From a bacterium (GTDB taxonomy: Bacteria > Patescibacteriota > Dojkabacteria > SC72): DNA of 64,000 nt. Within the stretch, counting starts at the first letter, position 1, and each line of letters begins with the position of its first letter. The notes under the pieces are model-generated. The model had not been told where the DNA came from and did not search any database. It saw only the letters and a program-made list of their open reading frames with translations. Shown piece after piece: positions 19,407 to 27,336 of the stretch. The position numbers and the translations under genes are program-made. The stretch covers positions 201,799-265,798 of the forward strand of contig JAJTYH010000002.1 of NCBI GenBank assembly GCA_021463465.1. Direction: 5' to 3'.

Positions 19407-21011
19407 ATGGCACCAAGACCCATAACTGCCCCACTAGAATTAGTTTCCCAGTTAGAGCAATTCAAAGAACACACACGTAATGGTGAAGATTTAACTGCAG
19501 AAGGTTTGACTACAACAATAAAAGCTTTTTCAAAAGCTATAAAGGTTGGATTTGAGGGTGCATCTGAATTCCTTTCAGAAGAAGCTGAACTTTCAAGAGA
19601 TGAGTTTTTCGCGGAGTATGTGCACTGGAGCGACAATGTTTTAGCCCTGGCCTTAAAACAAAAAGGAATAGACAGAGTTCTGGTTTCCACTCCAACGGGA
19701 ATTCAGGGCGCCGGTAAAGGAACATACGGTGACACTCTTCAAGTACTTGCACAGGAACTTGTCGAAGAAATGGCGTCTGGACAACCTAAAAAATACAAAC
19801 AACTGGTTACTCAACCTGACGCAATCACAGAGAAATGTGTTGCCCGAGCGAGATCACAAGAAGTAAAAACGGGTACAGGAGGAATTTTTAACCATAAAAA
19901 CACAAGATCTGAGATAACTACAGACGAAGAACGCGAATATTTCGATCTCTTCAATGATATGAAAAATGCAATGGGTGCTGCAAAGGGCGTTTTTGTAGAG
20001 AACAATATTGTAGCCATTGCATTAAACCTTTATATGGCATTAAAAGTAATGCAGAATGAGGAAGGTATAAGTTCATTCAATATCGACCTCTATCCAAGAT
20101 CTCAGCGTCAGATTGAACTTTTAGAACAGACAACTGGAACACTCCAAGACAACGGGATAGTCCTTGAACATAGCACTATTGATTTTAAACTCCTCAATGA
20201 AGAACAGGTCCAACAGTTACTAAGATACAAAAACAGCGCTCTTGCAATTCTCCCAAAGGTACAAGAAGGTTTTACAACTGTAATTAAAAGGGTCGAAGAA
20301 GTATTTAGAAGCCACTCAGATGATTACACCTTTGATGAACTACGAAAAGATCTGACCGGTATTATAATGAGTGCTTCAGAAGGCGAAACTGATGCAATGA
20401 GAGCAGCTGAGTTGATGCTAAATGAGTGTTTAAGTGCAGCAAATAGAACAGAAAAACGTGGCAAAGAGTCCAAACGACCAGACGATCGTCCAATACCACT
20501 CCTAAAACGATTAAAAGATTACTTTGCCAAGTCATTTGCCATACCATTCCTATTCGAAAACCCTATGATGTTTGCCACAGACTACAAACCCGAAGAGGTT
20601 GCAAGAAAAGTCTTTTGTAAGTATTTCAGTATTGAACATTCTGCACCAGAACTTCAAAATGGCGGTAAGTACTATGATCTTTACAGAAGATACCAATACT
20701 TAGCCGCATGCAAAGTGTATGGAGAGTTTAAAGGTGACTTAGAGCTCAGACAAATAAAAAGGGAAAAGCCTGATTCAACTGAGTTGATTTACTGGGGAGA
20801 AGCTGGGAATGTAATATTTTATTCGTTCATTCAAAAACCTGGTGGTAACTCAGTTATGTACACAATAGGACATAAAGGAACTACTTTTACAGAAGATATC
20901 CCAGGATTAGCTAATACACTTAAGCTAGAAATTCCACAAACCCAAACAATTGCTGAGTTTATTGAGAATAATCCTCCACTTTGGTATCAACTAGAAGGTA
21001 TCTTCATTTAA
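19407..21011 (+). CDS. P-loop kinase-like protein (GxxGxGKGT Walker A, adenylate/nucleotide-kinase-like)
   Basis: STPTGIQGAGKGTYGDTL P-loop; the rest is unrecognised. Convergent 8-bp overlap with the integrase. Confidence 0.45.
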   Translation: MAPRPITAPLELVSQLEQFKEHTRNGEDLTAEGLTTTIKAFSKAIKVGFEGASEFLSEEAELSRDEFFAEYVHWSDNVLALALKQKGIDRVLVSTPTGIQGAGKGTYGDTLQVLAQELVEEMASGQPKKYKQLVTQPDAITEKCVARARSQEVKTGTGGIFNHKNTRSEITTDEEREYFDLFNDMKNAMGAAKGVFVENNIVAIALNLYMALKVMQNEEGISSFNIDLYPRSQRQIELLEQTTGTLQDNGIVLEHSTIDFKLLNEEQVQQLLRYKNSALAILPKVQEGFTTVIKRVEEVFRSHSDDYTFDELRKDLTGIIMSASEGETDAMRAAELMLNECLSAANRTEKRGKESKRPDDRPIPLLKRLKDYFAKSFAIPFLFENPMMFATDYKPEEVARKVFCKYFSIEHSAPELQNGGKYYDLYRRYQYLAACKVYGEFKGDLELRQIKREKPDSTELIYWGEAGNVIFYSFIQKPGGNSVMYTIGHKGTTFTEDIPGLANTLKLEIPQTQTIAEFIENNPPLWYQLEGIFI

Positions 21012-22281
21012 GCGGATGCTTATCTTTGTGAGTATCTGAAGCAAATTTGTCAGATGCATGCACATACCTTGTTGTTGTATTAAGGCTTTCATGACCTAAC
21101 AGGACTTGAATTGCAGCTGGATTAGCACCATTTTCAGCCAAATATGTAGCAAAGCCATGCCTCAGACTGTGAGCTGAAGTGGGAACTAAAATACCCAGTC
21201 TACGCCTATACTGCGCGATTTTCTCTTGAAAGTAGTTTGAAGATATTCGCATATTTTCTTTCTTTTTTCCTCTTCCAGAGAATGGAATAAACAGAGCAGG
21301 GGAGTCAAACTTCGTAAGGAAGTTATTTTTCCTAAAGTCTTCTACTAGAGCTATAAAACGGTAGGAGTGATTTCCATCAGAAACAGCGGCCATCAGCTCA
21401 GAGCCTTTCAATGTTTCACGCTCCGTGTCATGAATATGCTTTAAGCGCACTTCTAAATACTTATCTAACCAACTCATGGCCCTTGGTGTCATGTATACGA
21501 AACGTTGCTTTTTCCCTTTACCTAAAATAAAAAGCTTACCATCCAAATTTACTTGATCCAAGTTAAGGCCAATCAGTTCTGAAATACGCATACCTGTTGA
21601 AAAAAGTAGCTCTAGCATTGCACGATTGCGCACACTTACTTCATAATCCTTTTCAAATTCGCTCGGTGCTTCAATTAAGCTAATCAATTCATCCAGCTCA
21701 GCAACCTGAGACTTTTTCTTCTCAGCCTTAATTAGTTTAATTGCATCCGGCGCAATTGGAATTTCTAAATCTCTATCAATTCTAAATTTTAAATACGAAC
21801 GAATCGCAGATAACATTCGATTCACACTTCGAGCATCCAAACCCGTAGTCGACCTCGCGGAAGCGTTTTGGGGTTTGTTTGACATTCCCAGACTGCCAAA
21901 GACTTTTTTATATACATTATCGAGAAAACCAGGCTGATCCATAGGTGTTGTTAGAGCACCTGATACCTCTTCATCGCTTTTAGGGCCATCGTAGCCCGTC
22001 GCTGGACTTTGTACCGTACTATCAAGCTTTCTAAGACTTTCAGCTCTGAATTTATCCAAATCTTTCAAATGTTCGCCACTTCGAAGATAACCTTTATAAA
22101 TAGTAATCTCTTCTTTGGAGAGTTTAAGGAATTGGACATCTTTGAAATGTAAAAAGACTGCAAAGATAGATAGGTCCCTGGCATAGTTGAAGACTGTCTG
22201 CATACTGTAGTTATTATTCTGAAGATCTAAAAGGAATTTGTCCTGTTCTGGTAGCTTAGGGATTGTTATGTTTTTGGACAT
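21004..22281 (-). CDS. Tyrosine site-specific recombinase / phage-type integrase
   Basis: ARSVNRMLSAIRSYL (Arg I box) and HSLRHGFATYLAENGANPAAIQVLLGHESLNTTTRYVH (box II, HxxR...Y catalytic tyrosine). N-terminal SAM-like core-binding region. Confidence 0.9.
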   Translation of the reverse strand: MSKNITIPKLPEQDKFLLDLQNNNYSMQTVFNYARDLSIFAVFLHFKDVQFLKLSKEEITIYKGYLRSGEHLKDLDKFRAESLRKLDSTVQSPATGYDGPKSDEEVSGALTTPMDQPGFLDNVYKKVFGSLGMSNKPQNASARSTTGLDARSVNRMLSAIRSYLKFRIDRDLEIPIAPDAIKLIKAEKKKSQVAELDELISLIEAPSEFEKDYEVSVRNRAMLELLFSTGMRISELIGLNLDQVNLDGKLFILGKGKKQRFVYMTPRAMSWLDKYLEVRLKHIHDTERETLKGSELMAAVSDGNHSYRFIALVEDFRKNNFLTKFDSPALFIPFSGRGKKKENMRISSNYFQEKIAQYRRRLGILVPTSAHSLRHGFATYLAENGANPAAIQVLLGHESLNTTTRYVHASDKFASDTHKDKHPLK

Positions 22282-22717
22282 AGAGTAGGGGTCTAAAATT
22301 ATATTTTTACTAGGCTAGAAATACAGTGAATAAACCGATAACTTAGATATTCATAGCACGCAAAAGAGAAAAGTTTAATCAAAAACGCTAAAGGTAAGAA
22401 TGTTAGAAATCTGTTGTAAGAAAGCATATTTTATGCAGTACTATATATTTCCCGTACTTAAACCGCATATAAGGGCGATTATACTCGGTAATATTAACTC
22501 GATTTATTTGCCCAGTCAAGCGGGAGAGGCTACTTCACTCTTACTAATCACACATAAAAATCCATGAAAGTATTTTTCGATTATTGGTTACCATTTATAA
22601 CCCATTTAGCATTTGGAAGTAAGCAGAAACTTATCCACACCGCTAAGAAACTATAGGCCGTACAGGGGGTGACGTACTACAGGTCCTTTGTTTCACTACC
22701 CCTACTCCCCACTGAAC

Positions 22718-23518
22718 CTACCTGATAAAAAATCCCAAACCAAATGCCACAACCGTCATTGCAAAAAACTCAAACTTTTGAAGTGATGAAAGGTTTTCTA
22801 CTGTAAGAATGCTGATAATTGAATATGCCACTACTGCAGGAATAAGAGAGAGTACCAAGGAGTTACCACCTACTATCATTAACAGTAATGCACTAATCAG
22901 AACCGAGATCAAAATAAGACGAAGACTCTTCCAAAGCTGATTTCTAGGTATACCTAAGTGCCTAATGTGTGTCAGGATTAACGCTGAAAACATAACAGCA
23001 AAAAGGATAATCGTAACATAAGGATTTAGCTGACTTTCTAATATGAAATATGTAGAGAAATATATACTCAGTAAGGTCAACAGAAACGAAGTTGTCTTCC
23101 CTACTTGCATTAATGGAATCTCCTTAAAATGTCCTACATTAAATATATTAGCCATCAAAAAAGAAGCATAGGTTGAAAAGAACATTAAGCCTGATATCCC
23201 GACTAGAATTGCTATTTCATAAACCCTCCCTACTCTCCTGAAAATAAACATCTCCACAAGCATTGAAAGTACAAAAACAATCAATGAAGCCTGAGAAAGT
23301 ACATAGACCATACTCCTAAGTGTTACTTGGAACTTAAAGGCCCACAGAAGCCCAATATATGATGCTACACCAATAAAAAGACTATTAAGATATACATGAA
23401 AGATACTCAAAGTATCTGACTGTTGGCTTACCTTAAAGAAAAATACAAGAAGAGTCGTTAAGGCTGCAACTATAATTATCCTACCCCGTTTGTCATTATC
23501 ACCAATACCTGTTTGCAT
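22718..23518 (-). CDS. Polytopic membrane protein, hypothetical
   Basis: About 8 predicted TM helices. No motif recognised. Confidence 0.5.
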   Translation of the reverse strand: MQTGIGDNDKRGRIIIVAALTTLLVFFFKVSQQSDTLSIFHVYLNSLFIGVASYIGLLWAFKFQVTLRSMVYVLSQASLIVFVLSMLVEMFIFRRVGRVYEIAILVGISGLMFFSTYASFLMANIFNVGHFKEIPLMQVGKTTSFLLTLLSIYFSTYFILESQLNPYVTIILFAVMFSALILTHIRHLGIPRNQLWKSLRLILISVLISALLLMIVGGNSLVLSLIPAVVAYSIISILTVENLSSLQKFEFFAMTVVAFGLGFFIR

Positions 23519-23520
23519 AA

Positions 23521-24549
23521 CTAGATAATAGAACTTATACCCAAAATCTCAACTGCCCGTTTGATACCGCTCTCTGTCAACACTCTTCCGCGGGATGTTC
23601 GCTTGATAAAGCCACATTTCATTAAGAAAGGCTCATAAACCTCGCTAATAGTATCGACATCCTCTGAAAGTGAAGCTGCAAGAGTAGAAAGTCCCACTGG
23701 ACCACCGTTAAAATGTTGATACATCATGCTTATAATCTTTCGATCAATTGCCTCAAGCCCTTGATCGTCAACATTCAAGAGTTCAAGAGCTTTCCGACTC
23801 TCTGACAAGTCAATTCGCTTGCCCTGAGTAAAGTCTCTGACACGTTTTAACAACCGAAGAGCAATTCTTGCAGTTCCTCTAGCCCTTTTGGCTATCTCAT
23901 CCAATCCAATTTCATCGTACTCAATCCCCCACACATCCGCAGCTCGAACCAAAATCAGCTTTAAGTCTTGATCATCGAAGTAGTCCAGCCTTTGAATCAA
24001 ACCGAATCTATCTCTCATCGGAGAGCTAATTTTACCAATCTGCGTAGTCGCACCAATAAGAGTAAAAGGCTCAAGAGAGAGTCGGATAGTTTTTGCTGAC
24101 GGTCCTTTACCCATAACGATATCAATAACTCTGTCTTCCATAGCAGGATAAAGAACTTCTTCTACAGCTCGAGATAGACGATGAATTTCGTCAACAAAAA
24201 GAATATCATTAGCTTTTAAATTCGTTAAAATAGCAGCCAAATCCCCTTGCCTTTCAATTGCAGGACCAGATGTTACACGAAGAGAAGATCCTAACTCACT
24301 TGCAATTGCCATCGCAAAAGTAGTTTTACCCAGGCCAGGAGGGCCATAAAAGAGTATATGATCCAGCGAATCTCCTCTACTCTTCGCGCCTTTAATCATC
24401 ATCTGCACAGCCTGTTTCTCCTTTTTTCTACCGATTATTTCATCAAACTTATCAGGACGAATACCTCTATCAATGGATATATCTCCAGGTTGGCTTTGAA
24501 TCGGGGATGGCTTGATTTTACTTTTTGGTTTTAAACTGGATTCAATCAA
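23521..24549 (-). CDS. ruvB: Holliday junction branch-migration ATPase RuvB
   Basis: LFYGPPGLGKTT Walker A, DEIHRL Walker B, RuvB winged-helix C-terminus. Confidence 0.95.
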   Translation of the reverse strand: MIESSLKPKSKIKPSPIQSQPGDISIDRGIRPDKFDEIIGRKKEKQAVQMMIKGAKSRGDSLDHILFYGPPGLGKTTFAMAIASELGSSLRVTSGPAIERQGDLAAILTNLKANDILFVDEIHRLSRAVEEVLYPAMEDRVIDIVMGKGPSAKTIRLSLEPFTLIGATTQIGKISSPMRDRFGLIQRLDYFDDQDLKLILVRAADVWGIEYDEIGLDEIAKRARGTARIALRLLKRVRDFTQGKRIDLSESRKALELLNVDDQGLEAIDRKIISMMYQHFNGGPVGLSTLAASLSEDVDTISEVYEPFLMKCGFIKRTSRGRVLTESGIKRAVEILGISSII

Positions 24550-24589
24550 CTCTCTTTGAGAACAATTTTAATTAACTCATCAATGCTTC

Positions 24590-25138
24590 CTACTTTATCA
24601 ACAAGTTTTCCGCCTTTTCAAGGTATCCTTTCAAAGCTTCACCTGAAAAACCTAGGGATTTCAAAGCTTCTGAAAGCTCTCTGTGCATCAGATTCCCTCC
24701 TACTCCACTTTTGCTCAATTTGAGGTCCAATCCCGTTAATCTGTTCTCCAAATCGACAACGATCTTTTGAGCTCCCTTACTACCTAAACCTGAAACTTTA
24801 GACAGACTCTGATGATCTTTATTAACAACAAAAGATGCCACGTCATCAACCGAATATGCCGACAGCACTGCTATCGCAATCTTGGGACCGATACCCGATA
24901 CTGTTAACAACAGTTCAAAGAAATCTCGCACCGATTCTGTAGCAAAGCCATAAAGGGTCTGACTGTCTTCCCTTACTTGAAAGCTTGTGAACAATTTGAC
25001 CAGATTACCTTGTACATAAGAGTCTTTTGCCAATACGATAACCCGATATCCTACCCCTGAATCGGTTAACACATCCACCATATTATATTTATCTCCAACC
25101 ACAATCTTCTCTACCTGACCTTTAAGAATACTAATCAT
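24590..25138 (-). CDS. ruvA: Holliday junction DNA helicase subunit RuvA
   Basis: OB-fold N-terminus, paired HhH motifs (GIGPKIA / VSGLGSKGAQKIV). Operonic with ruvB. Confidence 0.9.
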   Translation of the reverse strand: MISILKGQVEKIVVGDKYNMVDVLTDSGVGYRVIVLAKDSYVQGNLVKLFTSFQVREDSQTLYGFATESVRDFFELLLTVSGIGPKIAIAVLSAYSVDDVASFVVNKDHQSLSKVSGLGSKGAQKIVVDLENRLTGLDLKLSKSGVGGNLMHRELSEALKSLGFSGEALKGYLEKAENLLIK

Positions 25139-25150
25139 TTGAGTTAATAT

Positions 25151-25648
25151 TTAATTTACACCTTTGGCCATTTTATCCATTTTATGGTTATCAAAACAAC
25201 ATAGAGAAATCGCAATTGCATCTGCAGCATCATCCGGTTTAGGAATTTCATCTAAACCAAGCAGCATCTTTATGCTTGCTTGAACTTGTTTTTTATCTGC
25301 TCGACCATTCCCAGTCACACTACTTTTAACCTGAGGCGGGGTAAACTGCAAAACAGGAATATTTGCTTTTTGTAATCCTAACAGCACTACTCCTCTAGCC
25401 TCACCAACACTCATAGCAGTTTTTACATTATTATTAAAAAGTAGCAACTCCACACCTGCTTTTTCTGGCCGAAATTTCTGTAAAATCTGATCCAGATCCT
25501 CGCTTATCTCTACCAACCTTTCAGATTGACTCCGCTCCTTTTGTGTTGATATTACACCAAAGTCTATCAAGTTTGGTTTGCCGTTAATAAAATCAACAAT
25601 TGCCCAACCCGTAGTGGCTACACCTGGATCAATTCCTAGTATTCTCAT
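25151..25648 (-). CDS. ruvC: Crossover junction endodeoxyribonuclease RuvC
   Basis: MRILGIDPGVATTGWAIVD RNase-H-like N-terminus. 165 aa. Confidence 0.9.
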   Translation of the reverse strand: MRILGIDPGVATTGWAIVDFINGKPNLIDFGVISTQKERSQSERLVEISEDLDQILQKFRPEKAGVELLLFNNNVKTAMSVGEARGVVLLGLQKANIPVLQFTPPQVKSSVTGNGRADKKQVQASIKMLLGLDEIPKPDDAADAIAISLCCFDNHKMDKMAKGVN

Positions 25649-25678
25649 GAAATGATTAACAATTTTAATCTCCGAAAT

Positions 25679-26449
25679 TTAGGCAACTAAATCGGTCCAA
25701 ACATTTTGAACGTCCTCGTAATCCTCTAACCCTTCTAGTGCTGCGACAGCCTTTTCAAGCTCTTCACCCACCAACTGCTTACTGGTCTTAGCAATTTTGG
25801 CTATTTGGGCTTTAGTAATGACATATCCCAAGCCTAAGATAGTATCTCTGACCTTACCTAAATCTTGAAAGTTAGTGTAGATATCCAAAGTTCCTTCTTC
25901 CCCTTCTGAAATATCATTAACACCCGAAATATCCATTAAGGCTAATGTGACAACATCTTTACCTTCCTCTTTATATTCATCTTCTTGTCCAAACTTAGCG
26001 GCCTTAACCATTTTGCCTGGCTTAACATTAATCCATCCAACCGTATCAAAATTCCAAGATACAGCACCAGTATCAGCCATATGACCGCCTAAATCCGAGA
26101 AAAGTTTACGCAAATCAGCTACGACCCTATTAGTGTTGGATGTAAGTACATCGACTATGATTGTAATACCACTAGGACCAAAACCTTCATACGAAGCCTC
26201 TTCCAACTGCTCACCACCACCAGCTCCAGTTCCTTTATCTATCGCCTTTTTGACATTGTCAGCAGAAAAACCCTCTCTTTTAGCTTCATCCAAAACCAAC
26301 CGAAGCGCTGGGTTCATTGATGGATCACCACCACCTTGCCGTGCAGCTAAGGTTATTTGTACTGAAAGGCGTGAGAAAACTTTACCCTTCTTAGCATCGT
26401 TAATAGCCTTCTTATGCTTTATTGTCGACCATTTACTGTGACCAGACAT
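25679..26449 (-). CDS. yebC: YebC/PmpR family DNA-binding transcriptional regulator
   Basis: MSGHSKWSTIKHKKA N-terminus, typical ~250 aa length. Conserved ruvC-adjacent context. Confidence 0.9.
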   Translation of the reverse strand: MSGHSKWSTIKHKKAINDAKKGKVFSRLSVQITLAARQGGGDPSMNPALRLVLDEAKREGFSADNVKKAIDKGTGAGGGEQLEEASYEGFGPSGITIIVDVLTSNTNRVVADLRKLFSDLGGHMADTGAVSWNFDTVGWINVKPGKMVKAAKFGQEDEYKEEGKDVVTLALMDISGVNDISEGEEGTLDIYTNFQDLGKVRDTILGLGYVITKAQIAKIAKTSKQLVGEELEKAVAALEGLEDYEDVQNVWTDLVA

Positions 26450-26502
26450 CCGAAGAAAATCAAAAGTATATAGGTCAATTCTAGCAGAAAATACTCATAA
26501 AT

Positions 26503-27336
26503 TCACTTCCAAAGCTCTCTATCGTAAAGAGCTAGAAACTCCCGATGTCTAGAACCTTTTGGCTGGTCACTATGAATCAATTGAACCCCGCTAGCGAGAT
26601 AAAGATAAGGAAGCATCTGTGAGTATTCCAAGTCAAAACGGGAAATATAAAGCCTATCCAGCCTTACTAACCTCTTACCCACTTCATACAAATTTCTGTA
26701 GAAAGTTGGTACATGACCCGGAGCATCCGAGACCACAGCCGTAACAGCCGTCATAGCTATATCTAAAAGATGATTACCCGAAAAGGCATCACTCCAATCT
26801 AAAATATAGATTCCGTTATCTTGATTAACAATTAAGTTTCCGTGATGGAAGTCCCCATGACACAAACAAACCTTATGAGGACGGCTTAGAGTCTCTAACA
26901 TTCTATCTTTCTCAACATCACTTAACTCCTTTGAAGCTTTAATCTCCGGACTGATTTTATCCCACTGTGAAAGAATATCTACTTCAATATTTGCAAGTGT
27001 TGAATGTGCCTCTGAGACTTTACGAACCACGTCAAAGTATGTCCAGGGTTTTCTCATCAATCCATTCATCAAAGACTCTCCAGTAACGAATTCAAAGATA
27101 ATGCCACGCTTACCTTCTGTCTGAATAAGTTCTAATGGTGTCGCGACGTTCAAGTCCCCTACCTTCGAGATTTTCAGAGTTTTCTCAAACTCTTCTGTTA
27201 TATAACTTTCGGGAACATCTGCGTTATACAGTTTGACTGACTCATTCTTACTGAAACGAAAAACAGTGGACCTACGACCGTGATCAATAATTGGAAGTTT
27301 ATCCAGTAGCTCCTTCGAATCTAAATACTTACTCAC
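26503..27336 (-). CDS. Phosphotransferase (APH/choline-kinase-like) family protein
   Basis: LCHGDFHHGNLIV (HGDxxxxN brace/catalytic loop) and ILDWSDA (metal-binding Asp). Confidence 0.7.
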   Translation of the reverse strand: MSKYLDSKELLDKLPIIDHGRRSTVFRFSKNESVKLYNADVPESYITEEFEKTLKISKVGDLNVATPLELIQTEGKRGIIFEFVTGESLMNGLMRKPWTYFDVVRKVSEAHSTLANIEVDILSQWDKISPEIKASKELSDVEKDRMLETLSRPHKVCLCHGDFHHGNLIVNQDNGIYILDWSDAFSGNHLLDIAMTAVTAVVSDAPGHVPTFYRNLYEVGKRLVRLDRLYISRFDLEYSQMLPYLYLASGVQLIHSDQPKGSRHREFLALYDRELWK

